Source: Octopus bimaculoides
Lineage: Eukaryota
Direction of reading: 5' to 3'
NCBI RefSeq assembly: GCF_001194135.2
Contig: NC_068982.1
Location: 47,359,733-47,419,240, forward strand
DNA length: 59,508 nucleotides
The notes under the pieces: generated by a model
What the model saw: the letters and a program-made list of their open reading frames with translations, nothing else
Database searches by the model: none
Told to the model about the DNA's origin: nothing
Translations under genes and position numbers: made by a program
Shown: piece after piece, positions 12,293 through 24,779 of the stretch
Layout of the letters: each line of letters starts with the position of its first letter
Numbering within the stretch: the stretch's first letter is position 1

Positions 12293-12368
<76 letters not shown>
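12293..12368. repeat. (GA)n microsatellite
   Basis: Direct reading. Confidence 0.95.
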
Positions 12369-12372
<4 letters not shown>

Positions 12373-12804
12373 GAGAAAGGACTGTTAACAGTGTACAAAC
12401 TTATCACCAGGGTGACAAAGAAATTATTGTTAACGTATGAGGAATGGTTACAGGCGTAGGGGAGTTACGAGTATGAAAAGCTGTACCGGTCCGCTTAGCT
12501 TATAGATAAGAGCCAGCAGCTGCCATTGAGAGAGTAATAGAAGATAAGTGAGACCGGAGTGGATGACGTGGGGTGAAAGCTTTCTAGAAGTAACTATAAA
12601 ACCATCATTTGACGAAGTGGGTGGAGATTAGACAGGCCATTTTGTTGCAATATGTACTCAGAACCGACTGGATCTTTGAACCAGTTTTCTAGTGAAGAGG
12701 AGATGCGCAATGGACGGACACGTTGGAAAGCAATGATTCAGGTTGACCTTCTTCAAGATATGATCGGTTGACCTTCTTCACAGACATGATCGGTTCAGTA
12801 AGCG

Positions 12805-12843
<39 letters not shown>

Positions 12844-13504
12844 TTGCTGTTATGTTAAACTGTCGTATGTCCAAATTTGGCCAAATGCGTTTCTTTTCAA
12901 TATTAGTTTCTGCTTGCAATAGCCGCTTTTTTGGGGGGGTCAAACTATCGTATCTCCAGCTGCTTCAGATGCCAGCCCTCTCCCCTTACTGCTTTACAAA
13001 GTAAACAACAGCACAAATAACTACGCAGAGGCAGCCATGGTTGAAACAAGAACAAGAAGAATTATTAAAAGAGGAAAGAAGCATGGTCATTCCTTACCCA
13101 AATGACCTTATCTTATCGCCCATCACTTGTTATGCACTCATAAATTAGTTTGATAGTTGAGCTCTGATTGGCTGCATGCAAATGAGTTCATAACTGGGGC
13201 CCGGAACTCTCGTGGGGAAAAAATTTCGCTACCCAGCCCACTCATCTCGAGTCAGGTGCTGTCACTGGGAGCAAACAGAAACTTGGAAAACGATTGATTT
13301 CCAAAGACTTGAATTAATTCTCTGTCCTGCACTTGAATATCTAATGGTCAGTCGATTTAACCCTATTTTTATATAGCGATGTAGAAGGAATAAAAATAAC
13401 GTATCGTACATTTTATCAGAATGGCTAAAATATCCGTGATAGATAGTTTTGAGGGTTAGCAAATGTCCTGTGCCATTTTAAGACGTGACCACACCGAGCA
13501 GTTA

Positions 13505-13958
13505 CCCAGGGGCCTCTTGAGTCTAGAGGCCTAATTCTGATCTATTAATGTTGTAACTTGCTGTCAATTAAATAAATACTATATGGCCTTCTGCATTGAT
13601 TTGCTCTGAAGCTTTAAGATCTGGAGGCTCAATTCTGATCGATGTATGCTTTCGCTTTTGAGCATACTGCATTGACTTTGAGCCTACTGAATTGACTTGC
13701 TGTCAATAAATACTAAAGGGCCCAGGGCATTGATTTGCCTAGGGGCTTCATGGGTTTTCGGACCCAATTTTGATCTATGTATGCTGTGGCTGGCTGTCAA
13801 TAAATACTATAGGGCCCAGGACATTGATTTGCCTAGGGGCTTCATGGGTTTTCGGACCCAATTTTGATCTATGTATGCTGTGGCTGGCTGGCAATAAATA
13901 AATACTAAAGGTCCCAGAGCATTGATTTTCTCAGGGGCCTATAATATTGCTAAGACAA
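13505..13958 (+). repeat. 94-bp minisatellite (two near-identical units plus degenerate flanking units)
   Basis: AATAAATACT recurs at 13705, 13799 and 13893 (period 94), with degenerate units upstream (13571). Confidence 0.9.
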
Positions 13959-14034
13959 TCTTGTCAATGTCCACATAGATATAAAACATGTACGCTTATA
14001 TGCAGTCGCTCAATAGCAGCCAAACCTGAAAGGA

Positions 14035-14160
14035 AACGACACATTTGATAATGTAGAGCAACATGCACTGTGTTCCTTAAGCAAGGTGGATGATGGTAAC
14101 TGAAACGTCTAACGTGGATCATCGATTTATTGGGTCGGGGTAGACCTGGGGCTAAATAAT
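14035..14160 (+). mobile_element. Dispersed repeat family E tail fragment (also about 25660-25810, 29060-29115, 45488-45680, 50490-50590)
   Basis: Shared ..GATCA..GA.CT.GGGCT.AACAAC end and GAAATAGCAGCCAAA start among copies. Confidence 0.55.
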
Positions 14161-14204
14161 CCTTTCTGTTATAGGCACAACGTCTGAAATTCGGGGGAGG
14201 TGAT

Positions 14205-14670
14205 AGTTGATGCAACAATAACAACAACCACGACGACATCATCATCATCATCATCGTCGCCAATCACCACAACTTCCACCATCACCACCATCACTATCTT
14301 CATCCTCATTATCCTCATCACCCTTACCATCACCACCACCACCGCCACCACCACCACAACCCCCATCACCACCACAACCACCACCACTACCCCCACCATA
14401 ATCATCATTGTCATCACCTCCACTACCACCATCATCGTCATTAACACTACCACTACCACCACTACTACCACCATCATCATCATCGTCATCATTATCACCA
14501 CCACCATCACTACCATCACCATCATCATCGTTACCAACACAGCCATCATTATCATCTGCACCACCATCACCACTACCACCACTACCACCAACATCATAAT
14601 CACCAAGACAACCACCACCACCACCATCACCACCATCACCGCCACCACCATCATCATCATCATCACCCCC
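14205..14670. repeat. Degenerate (CAC/CAT/CAA)n trinucleotide low-complexity tract
   Basis: Direct reading. It is open in several frames on both strands, typical of non-coding simple repeats. Confidence 0.9.
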
Positions 14671-14734
14671 TCCCCCAAAGAGTAACACTTACGAAAAGAA
14701 ATTAATATAAGTGAACTAAATTATACAACACTAC

Positions 14735-14990
14735 AAAAACACTTTCAAACGCTACCGAAAGCCATCCAGATCAATAAAAACAAATCACACAGAAAGTATT
14801 ATTCCATAAATGAAATGTACTCTGTCGGAAGACTTAAGATGAATACGTTATCAAAGTGTCATCAAACAGCGTATAACATTGCACTGCGTTCAATCGTGAA
14901 TTCAGATAAATAATTTATTACCAATACATAAAAATGTGAAACGCCATCAACTACAAACCACTAATATGTAAGTCGTGAATAAATTTCGAA
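14735..14990 (+). pseudogene. Possible Penelope-like GIY-YIG endonuclease remnant
   Basis: Weak motifs KNTFKRY..; AYNI..DK*FI; ..NKFR resemble NTFKxRYxxH / PYN..CxLCxxEK / LNKRSE. Heavily decayed. Confidence 0.35.
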
Positions 14991-15079
14991 TCGCTTTTGT
15001 TATTTGCAAATTTTCAGTGCAAACATGAAAGTTTTATAAAACTTCATGGTTTTAGAGTAATGGACTGAACGACAGACAC

Positions 15080-15097
15080 TCGTTCGCACACACGCAC

Positions 15098-15172
<75 letters not shown>

Positions 15173-15242
15173 CTCTCTCTCTCTTTCACTCAAACATCCA
15201 CCCTATGATCTCCACAGAATCTAGTATTGCATATATTTCCAA

Positions 15243-15275
<33 letters not shown>

Positions 15276-15480
15276 GCTTCTCTCTCTCTCTCTCTCTCCC
15301 CCACACACACATATATACATACATACACATATATATATATTACATACATATACATACCTACATACATACATATGTATATGTAAATAAATGCATATAGATA
15401 TAGATATATACATACATACATATAAATACATATAGATAAATGCGCGCGCGCGTGCGCGTGTGTGTGTGTGTGTGTGTGTG
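15080..15480. repeat. Microsatellite cluster (CA)n, (CT)n, (TATC)n, (TA/CA)n, (TG)n
   Basis: Direct reading. Confidence 0.9.
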
Positions 15481-15489
15481 TGTAGCTCA

Positions 15490-15612
15490 TCAAGCCATAG
15501 TTACCATGCTAAATCAGACTGGAATCTGGTGCAGCTCTCCAGCTTACCGTCTAACCCATGCCAGCTTGGAAAGCAGACGCTACATGATGATGATGGTGGT
15601 GGTGGTGGTGGT
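15490..15612 (+). mobile_element. RTE LINE 3' end (family D)
   Basis: AATCAGACTGGA..TGGTGCAGC..AACCCATGCCAGC.TGGAAA..GATGATGATG. Confidence 0.75.
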
Positions 15613-16809
15613 AGTGTGTGTGTGTGTGTGTGCGTGTGTGTGTGTGCACGTGCGAGTGTATTGCGTGCGCGTATTTGTGTGTGTGTGTTTGTATATACAT
15701 ACACATAAGTGCACGCTCGCGAATGTATATATGTATATATATATACATACACACACACATGTACACGTGCGCGCATTTGATTCTAAAGAACGGGAGATAC
15801 GGGAACCATGGTGCTTGTGAAAATGAGAAAAGTAAAGAAAATAATTTCTTTTAAATGTTATAAACTAGAGTGGAGGATAATGTGAAGTTGCAGCCAGTTG
15901 AAGGGAAAGAGAAGGGACAAATGTGTGGCTTGTAATATTCCAAATATATTACATAACGTTGGTTAATTCTTCGAGATACAAATCGTTATATGATATGAAA
16001 AAGCCAAGAAAAAAGTCAAGTCGGAAAAGAAAACGGCATACAAGAAAAGTCAGAGAAAAAGTGCAGCTTACAAGAACGCCTGCATAACTTGTGTGTTACT
16101 CAACGGGAGAACCATATGACTGGCTGTGTTTCTTCGCGGCGTCGGCTGGTATATTCGTCTGCGTAAAATGCCATGTTAAACTTTAAAAAAAAATTTATAA
16201 GTAGCTACATAATCTTAATTCATTGCCGAGACAATTTGTTAAACTTGACACGTAATACAGAAAAACCTTCAAATATACATTACAAGGAGACAGAAGAACT
16301 AGACAATGGAGAAAGCTTCATTCGTCCGTAAAAAATGAAGCAGAAGATAAAATTTTATTGTAGAATTCAGCTGGCAGTTGTTTTAGTTTTAACTTTTCTA
16401 TGATAGAAATATATATAAAGATGGAGTAACTTTACATTAAGGAGTGGAACGTACACTTTTCTGTAAAGTCAGACTGACTCATGGCCCCAGCAAACAAAAT
16501 GGAAAAGGCGGAAGATGGCGATGGAGATGCACCGGAACAAGGACTCTGACTCATGGGGCTCACACTTGCAGACAGCCATCTCCGTCCCGATAGCAGTGAG
16601 CAGAGATATGGTCCGGGGGCCGAGAACCCCGGAAGTCTTTGTCATCAACATTGAAAATATTGAATATACATGTAATGCTACGATCACGATACTAAGTTAA
16701 GGTGTTTTCAGTCTGTAACTGTCACGTATTGTCAATAAATGACTGGCAATTTTTTTTGTCTCATTGTCTTTGCTTCAGAAATTGTTTAAAGATTTTTTTT
16801 TTTATCACA

Positions 16810-16956
16810 TACCTGTAATGCCATCAAAAATTAAATTGTGTACCGTCAGTTAACTAAGTTAAAATATATTTGTTTTATTACTTTAATCGTTTCTAGGATT
16901 TATATGAAATGTGGCTTTTTTCTCTGACATTTTTCATGACATTTTTTCCGGACACC
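16810..16956 (+). mobile_element. Non-autonomous Helentron/DINE-like element fragment (related pieces at about 5915-5985, 20733-20960, 47875-48115)
   Basis: TGTAATGCCATCAAA..GTTTTATTACTTTAAT shared with 20733. GTGAC(T/A)TTTTT repeats and a GGACACC end. 20900-20960 is the reverse complement of the 47885-47955 repeat GTAATAAAGTCACAATTA. The class assignment is inference. Confidence 0.5.
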
Positions 16957-17384
16957 GATATGGAATAGAGGTACAAGAATAATATTCAGACTTTGATTTT
17001 TTTTTTTTTTTTTGTAATAGTTCTCAGTTACCTGAATACTCAGAATGTAGATGCGGATGCCGGAATAATAATGAATAATTGCTCGAAGTTACGGAGATCA
17101 GACTCAATACCGTATTTATGCAATGGTGTCATTAAGCCCAGAGTGTTGACGCAAGCGTTTGAGTGGTATATGTATCTTTAAATCAGGTAAGCTTTTTCAC
17201 TCACTGCCTTAACCAAAGGTACTTTTTTTGAAAGTTCACAAAGAAAGTATTGGAAACGATGAAAAAATATATGAAAAGCAGGTGACGAATGTAGATCAAA
17301 AATAAAAACAAAACGTGTATGAAAGTCAATACCGGCTGTGGATTTGGTATTGCTCCATTCGAGTAAAAGGAAAGGCTATAATGT

Positions 17385-17758
17385 CTAAAGGTTCATTCTG
17401 TTATACAATAGAATAACCGGTTTGGGTTTCAGGTAATTAGCCTGTTTGTTGTCGGAATGTATGCGGATAAGGATTGTGCTTGAAAGATTGTAATTTGGAT
17501 TTTCTTGTGTGCAAACAGGTAGAGAACGATCTGTTCCACGATTTAAGACGTAAACTGGCAGGATTAATATCTTAACTTTCTCAGTTGCACACAAATTGTA
17601 AAGGCTGTTGCGTGCGTTGTACGTGCTTGCTTCTACGACTATGCTCCACTTCATTGTAGAGTTTTCTAGATCGCAATATTTCAATTCCTAAATGCGCTTT
17701 AAAGAAGTGGATTTGCGTTTGTTATTGTTTCTGAACAAGTTGTTATGCTATATGTACT
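17385..17758 (-). pseudogene. Penelope-like element GIY-YIG endonuclease C-terminal remnant
   Basis: KSTSLKRI*ELK..MKWSIVVEASTYNARNSLYNLCATEKVKIL..VLNR matches the PLE pattern TELSKxIWELK..IKWSI..Y....CNLCLTEK..I..LNKR. Confidence 0.75.
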
Positions 17759-17774
17759 AAATATTACTTTCAAA

Positions 17775-17975
17775 TTTTGGCATAAAGCCAGCAAGATCAG
17801 GGGAAGGGGGATGAGTCGATCACATCGACCCCAGGGCTCAACTGGTGCTCATTTTATTGACCCCGAATAGATGAAAGACAGAGACAACCTCAGCGGAATT
17901 TGAACTCAGACCGTAAAAACGGACGAAATGCCGTTAAGCATTTTGCCCGGTGTGTTAACAATTCTGCCAGCTCAC
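17775..17975 (-). mobile_element. SINE family A
   Basis: Full tail-core-head reverse complement. Confidence 0.85.
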
Positions 17976-18773
17976 AGCTTTATATATACTGAATATTCAA
18001 TGAATTTTCGGACAGCTTGAACATATCTTTCCGATGAGTCATACAATAAAAATATAAAATTGAATTAAAGCTTCAGCCCATATAAAAGCCGCATCTAACG
18101 CTTAAAGACCACCATAATTATTCTATATGGAACCAAATCTTCCATATAAAATCAGTAGCTCGAAAAGGGAACTAGAAGCTGTCAGCAAAAACATACTACT
18201 TCCTATAAATTAAAAAAAAAAATCATTGCGACTACAATCCTTGTCCAGTCAAATCGCAACAGTGCTAGTATCAACTGGTTGTATAGTATTAAAAACAAAT
18301 CCATCTGTTGTTCCACCCAGTTTGATTTTGTAGAGTTTTACCCATCTATTTCTAAAAGTCATCTCCTGCAAACCCAGGAGTTTGGGAAATGTACATCACG
18401 ATAACCGACGTTCATATCAATATAATAAAGGATGCTAAAGAGGTCACTGTTAAATTATGATGACTGCTTGGGTTAAGACACATAGAATAAAGTTCTGGGG
18501 TGCATTTATGGACAACTACAGTGGTGTCGAGAAACTGAATCGCCTCGATCTGTTTTTACAGCATACAATGACGAATAGAATGAAAATAGAATTACAGAGA
18601 TATATAATGGGCTCAACACGAGAAAACTTAGAAAAATGTTCGTTAATATGTTCAAAAGTTTGATCAAGAAATCACGATAAATGCTAAAATGAAAATAGTC
18701 GACTTCCTGAGCAAAACTTTAAATTTAAACACAAATTTTATCCTTGCCAGAAACCGAATGAAGAAATTATATG

Positions 18774-18930
18774 TGTGTGCGTGTGTGCGCGCGTGTATAT
18801 GTATGTGTGTGTATATATACATACATAGTGTGTGCGTGTGTGCGCGCGTGTATATGTATGTGTGTGTATATATACATACATAGTGTGTGCGTGTGTGCGC
18901 GCGTGTATATGTATGTGTGTGTATATATAC
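18774..18930 (+). repeat. 55-bp tandem repeat built from microsatellite motifs (about 3 units, runs into a gap)
   Basis: Unit TGTGTGCGTGTGTGCGCGCGTGTATATGTATGTGTGTGTATATATACATACATAG repeated exactly. Confidence 0.9.
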
Positions 18931-19469
18931 NNNNNNNNNNNNNNNNNNNNNNNNNNNNNNNNNNNNNNNNNNNNNNNNNNNNNNNNNNNNNNNNNNNNNN
19001 NNNNNNNNNNNNNNNNNNNNNNNNNNNNNNNNNNNNNNNNNNNNNNNNNNNNNNNNNNNNNNNNNNNNNNNNNNNNNNNNNNNNNNNNNNNNNNNNNNNN
19101 NNNNNNNNNNNNNNNNNNNNNNNNNNNNNNNNNNNNNNNNNNNNNNNNNNNNNNNNNNNNNNNNNNNNNNNNNNNNNNNNNNNNNNNNNNNNNNNNNNNN
19201 NNNNNNNNNNNNNNNNNNNNNNNNNNNNNNNNNNNNNNNNNNNNNNNNNNNNNNNNNNNNNNNNNNNNNNNNNNNNNNNNNNNNNNNNNNNNNNNNNNNN
19301 NNNNNNNNNNNNNNNNNNNNNNNNNNNNNNNNNNNNNNNNNNNNNNNNNNNNNNNNNNNNNNNNNNNNTTTATATATACTTTATCTATAAGGCTCAATTT
19401 AATTTTAATTTTTTATAAATTGATTTTAATTGAGTTTTTTACCTGTAATTTTGGATTTTGTCTCTAATA

Positions 19470-19646
19470 ATATTATATACATATATATATATATATATAC
19501 ATATATACATACAAATATATATACACATATATACATATACATATATATATACATACATATATTTACATACATATATATATACATACATATATATATACAT
19601 ACATATACGTACATATATACATATATATACACATACATATATATGT

Positions 19647-19700
<54 letters not shown>

Positions 19701-19895
19701 TGGCACCTTGTGGGCAATAAAAAAATCACACACATATATACATACATATATATATATATATATATACATATATATACATATATACATATACATATATACA
19801 TACATACATACATACATACACACATACATACATATATATGTATGTGTGTGTGTATGCATACATGCTTACATGTATGCATATACACATACATACAT
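19470..19895. repeat. Complex (TA)/(CA)/(TACA)n microsatellite tract
   Basis: Direct reading. Confidence 0.9.
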
Positions 19896-21624
19896 GTTAA
19901 TATATCACCACCAATATCAGTAAACTTATTGCTTATATATTTTCAGACAAGATTATATTTGATAAAGCTGGCCCACGCTTTAATAGAGGGTTATGGAGAA
20001 TTGGCTTCAACGACAAGATAGAATACGTAGAAACAATCTGAATACGATTAAAGCAAACAACGTAACAAGAAAATAATGTTGTCCAACCGTCAGACAGTGA
20101 ATGTCTAAAGGTATACCTAAGATTTTTCTGCCCTTGATAGACACATTTTCGTGCGCCCCACAGATACAATATAATCTTTAGAAAGAAATTTGTTAAAGTT
20201 AGTTAGAGGTGTCTAGGCAATATTAGGACCCAGATTTTCAGTCATAATAAAGCAGCTATTAAAACATTGCACACATTCTAGTGTGCGCTAAATCTAAAAC
20301 AGCTAATTTCTGACCAAACAATGAAAACCATTTAAAAGAAACGGTTACAAAAACAGATGCATCAACCATTGGCAGTTTAGAAAAACACATATTGGGCCTA
20401 TTGAAAATTCATTCAATGCGCGGTACAAACAGCACATTAACTCGTTCAGAAACGGAAACAAACAATTCTACTCCTTTGCTGAAATACAGAGAGCCCAACA
20501 ATCGAGTGTAGCAACTTCGCAAAAGAAGACGTATACAATATTACGGTAGTAATTATAATTATAATTTGAGTGCAACTGAAAAGTTTAAACTGTTGATTCT
20601 GCCAGGTAACATCTTAAATGGGAGCGAAGAAACTATCTCACCGTGTTTGTACACAAGGAAATTCATATATAAAAAAAGCAGACGTAGAAAAACGAATCCA
20701 GGTTAAAAAAAGCTACAGGAAAAAAGGTCACATGTAATGCCATCAAATATAAATCGTGCTCTCAATATGTACAAGTCATGTATTGACAGTTAATAACTGA
20801 TTTAAAATATTTTCTGTTTTATTACTTTAATTGTTTATGGTACTTTAATAAATTGTGACTGACTTGAATGGCAAAATTGTGACTTTTTGCCTGCGATTTT
20901 ATTACCGGTCACCATAAATTAATTGTGACTTTTTTTCCTGTGATTTTATTACCGGCCATGGGAAAAACATACCTAAGAGCTTTCTGCCCTTGAGAAATAC
21001 ATTTTCATGCGCCCCGCAGATATAATAAAGTAGGAGTCTAGGCGAAATAATTGTCGAAATAGATAATAAGAATTATAAATTATAATTGCGCTTTTAATAG
21101 TTCCAGTTTGCCCCCCCAGATTAACCGTGATTGAGGAAACTTAAAATCAAAGGTATGCCAGCAGTAACTATCTTGTCAAAATTGGGATGATCTTTTAAAG
21201 TGTATATAATATTACATAATCCATTAAGACCGTTTTGAGGAGTATTTCAAATAGGCGAAACGAACATTTAGAGATTACTATCATTGGCTCGCCAAAATTC
21301 TCGTGGAAATTTCGATTCTTATTCGTTTAAGCGTGGGTGTCTTTTAATCTCACCTATAACCAGTTTTTAAAACTTTTATTATGCCTTCTTTAAAAAGCGG
21401 TCTTTAGATTTTAACGCTTTGAACATCGGAAATTTATAATCTGTAAAAAAATTATTAGAGTTAGAGGATGTATTGATGTTTGTGCATGTTTAATGGTGGG
21501 TTTGCATTTGTAGTGTATAGACATATTTGCCTGCATTTGTAATAACATTTTTATCGTTGATTAACAGAAACAGTAGCATTTTAAATTTTCGGAAAGTGAA
21601 ACAGCACAATTTGTAATGTTTTCA

Positions 21625-22057
21625 TTATTCTTTTCTACTCTAGGCACAAGGCCCGAAATTTGCGGGGGAGTGGGGCAGTCGATTATATCGACCCCAGTAC
21701 GCAACTGGTACTTAATCTATCGATCCCGAAAGGATGAAAGGCAAAGTCGACCTCGGCGGAATTTGAACTCAGAACATAAAGACAAGAAATACCGCAAAGC
21801 ATTTTGCCCGGCGTGCTAAAGTTTCTTATTTCCTTATTGCCCACAATGGGCTAAACATAGAGGAGACAAACAAGGACAGACAAAGGGATTAAGTCGATTA
21901 CATCGACCCCAGTGCGTAACTGGTACTTAATTTATCGACCGAAAGGATGAAAGGCAAAGTCGACCTCGGCGGAATTTGAACTCAGAACATAAAGACAGAA
22001 GAAATACCGCAGAGCATTTCGCCCGACGTGCTAAAGTTTCTGCCAGCTCGCCTCCTT
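21625..22057 (-). mobile_element. Dimeric SINE A (tail type 2 monomer followed by tail type 1 monomer)
   Basis: Two cores with different 3' tails. The second monomer lacks about 15 nt of the head. Confidence 0.85.
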
Positions 22058-23109
22058 AATGCATTCATTATTGAATACCCATCACTTGCATTACTTTCAA
22101 TACAAATACAACGATAAGATGATATTCGTTTTTTTTATCCATGTAATCTAATATATAATACATACTTTCGGATTAGGGTTCTTTATTTATCAAATAAATA
22201 TTTTTTATATTACTTCCTTTTTCTTTTTTTTTCTTTTCTAATTCTGAATCTCTGATGTTCTGAACATTAAAATCAGAAGGCCGGATTTTATTTTCTTAAA
22301 AATAAAATGAAGTAAAAATAAAATAAAAGAATTCTTTAGAAAGAAGTTAGGAAGCGACTAAAAAAACTTCGCGCTTAAACGAATAAGATTTTAAGTCATA
22401 TTTTTAATGTAAATATGTACGCGCATACACGCACACACATTTGTATATACATACGAGTGTATGTACATATGAACAATCGTATGTGCGTACGTATGTATGT
22501 ATGCATGCATGTTTTGTTCGGGGCAAGATGTCTTCGAAGAGTAGACCTGCTTTTGAATACCACACTAATGTAGTATGAACCGCAAATCTCGATTTCTTTC
22601 GATATATATCTAGTGTTAGAGAGTAGGTTCGTGACTGTCTATCTTATTTTATTTATTAATTTTTTTTACTAACATTTTTCGACCTTTATATCTCTGATCT
22701 TAAGAAGTTGATGTCATGCCTTACGGAGTAATTGTTACGCAATAGTCTTTCTATTCCTGATCATCTCTGATTGGTTGTGCCTGGGTCGTCACTTATATAG
22801 ATTTTACTGGATGTTGTGGACGACGAAATGACTCCTTTTCACGCTGTATAGTTAGAGGAAAATGGTTCATCGTAATGATGGGTGAAATATCAGTTATTCG
22901 GTGAACTATTCATCTGGAAAAAAAGTTATTCTTAAACCGGATAAAAACGGAATCGAGCAATAGTTGGATAACACGAATTTGATTGGATCAAGATAGGACA
23001 AATATGAAAACGAGAGCGCTTCAATGATCGTAGTTTGAAATACAATACGGTTCGCCATCAAAAGTGTAAAACAGCTGTCAGCTGTTTTACACCAATTAAA
23101 TACCTCTGA

Positions 23110-24262
23110 AATTCCGTCGAGGTTATCTTTTTCTTTCATCCTTTTAGGGTCAATGAAATAAAGTACCAGTCAAGAACTGGGGTCGATGTAATCGATTAAC
23201 ACCCTCCTCCTAAAATAGCCGACCTTGAGCCAAAATTTGAAACCATATAATCGATTCATGAGGGATTTGATCTCAAGGTATAAAGAGTCGAAATTAAATA
23301 AATCATTTACTTCGACGCTGTTAAGTTTCTACCAATTTAAGAGTCTTCAGTAGTAATTATATTTTACATCATCAGAAGCAACAAACTTATAGGAGAAGGG
23401 TGTCGATTAATTTGGACTGAACATGGTTGCTATTTATTTTATCGACCATTGAGAAAGGGAGACGAACGTCAAAGTTGATCTTGGCGGTATTTGAGTTTAG
23501 AACGTAGAGAAATAAATGGTTTATGCAAAATATATTTTTCTCTCTACTGTAGGGATCAAAGCTTGATATTTTGGGGAAGTGGCTTCAATGTCGAACTGTT
23601 TCTGCCAACCTAGGGTTTCTCATATCGTCACAAGGCTAAGGATTCACAAGGGAAGCGTATATGTAAATTCGAGCTTTTTACAGACCTGTAGTTTATTATA
23701 TCACCGTCTCGATTCGACGAGCTGGCAGAATCGTCGACGCGTCGGACAAAATGTTTAGCAGCATTAATATCGGTTCTTTACGATAAGTTCAAATTCCGCC
23801 GAGATCAATAAAATAAGTACTGAGGTCTAGGGTCTATGTAATCGACTTACGTCCTTCCCACTAAATTTATTGGTTGTGTGCCAAAATTTAATACCATTGT
23901 ATCATCTTCTCGATAACAGGGGCGAAGAGCAAAATTGACCTTGTAATATTTAAACTTAGAACGCAGACAAACCACTAGCAGAATTGGTGAGGGTTCGAAA
24001 TAAATGCCTTGTAGCATAAGTTCTACTGTTGGGGTAACATTTAGGTAGCGAGCTGGCAAAATCGTTAGCACGCCGGGCAAAATGCTTGGCGGCATTTCGT
24101 CATCGTTACGTTCTGAGTGCAAATTCCACCAAGAACGACTAGCTTTTCATCCATTCAGGATCGATGGATGAAATAAGTACCAGCTGAGCACTGGGGTCGA
24201 TATAATTGACTTACCCCTTCTCCCGAACTTGCTGGCCTTGTGCCAAAATTTGAAAACAAATA
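23110..24262. mobile_element. SINE A copies: 23110-23230(+), 23420-23510(-), 23715-23895(+), 24045-24262(+)
   Basis: Core and head matches. Confidence 0.8.
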
Positions 24263-24779
24263 TTTAAACTCAGAGCATAGAAAAATGGGCAAAAACGAAA
24301 TACAAGTATACTTCAATTTATATCGTTTCGAGTTACGTATTTTACGACTCTGTCTTCTTTTCTTTTTAAGAAATTAATGAGGAAAAAAAAAAAAGAACTT
24401 CAACTTCAGTCGGTTTATTCAACTTTACGTCGGTCTTGCCGAACATTTAAAAAATATAAAATCTGTTTGAAAAATCTTTAAAAACGAAGATTGAAGTGGA
24501 AAATCAAATAAAATACATGTGAAAATATGTACAAATCAGATACTAAAACAGATAAAAGCTAATAAACTGTAGAAAACACATAATTGCAGTTGACACATTT
24601 ATGTGCCTTTCCGGATCGATATACCCCGCTTTCCACCACGAAGTAACGACGTAGTTCGTACCAGGAAATTCAAACGTGGGTTTGTGTGTATTGTGTGATT
24701 TCTTTTTTTTTTTTTTTTCATACGTGTTCAAAGAATGAAATTACGGTAGAATTGTTTTCATTTATTTATTTATTATTTA

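Larger units (their letters stand above)
18440..20520 (+). pseudogene. Decayed Penelope-like element (RT plus GIY-YIG), interrupted by microsatellites and an N gap
   Basis: MDNYSGVE..LFL (cf. MGSYDGAE..GLFL); KIVDFLSKTLNLNT..YPCQKPNEE (cf. VDFLDVTLNL..YxKPN); [17 protein letters not shown]; LIDTHF..HRYNIIFRKKFVKVS*RCLGNI (cf. LIDKHF..HKLHKIFNRNTVKxSYSCxPN); THIGPIENSFNARYKQHINSFR (YIG motif). Confidence 0.8.

Noticed and set aside
13505-13958. Possible CRISPR-like repeat-spacer array
   Set aside because: The units are contiguous tandem copies with no unique spacers, the context is eukaryotic, and there are no cas genes.
14169-14688. Mucin-like (poly-T/I) or Gly/Asp-rich ORFs of 145-170 aa
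   Set aside because: Degenerate trinucleotide repeat open in several frames on both strands, with no splice or start context.
22770-22810. Inverted CCAAT plus TATA-like TTATATAG
   Set aside because: Isolated short motifs with no downstream exon evidence.
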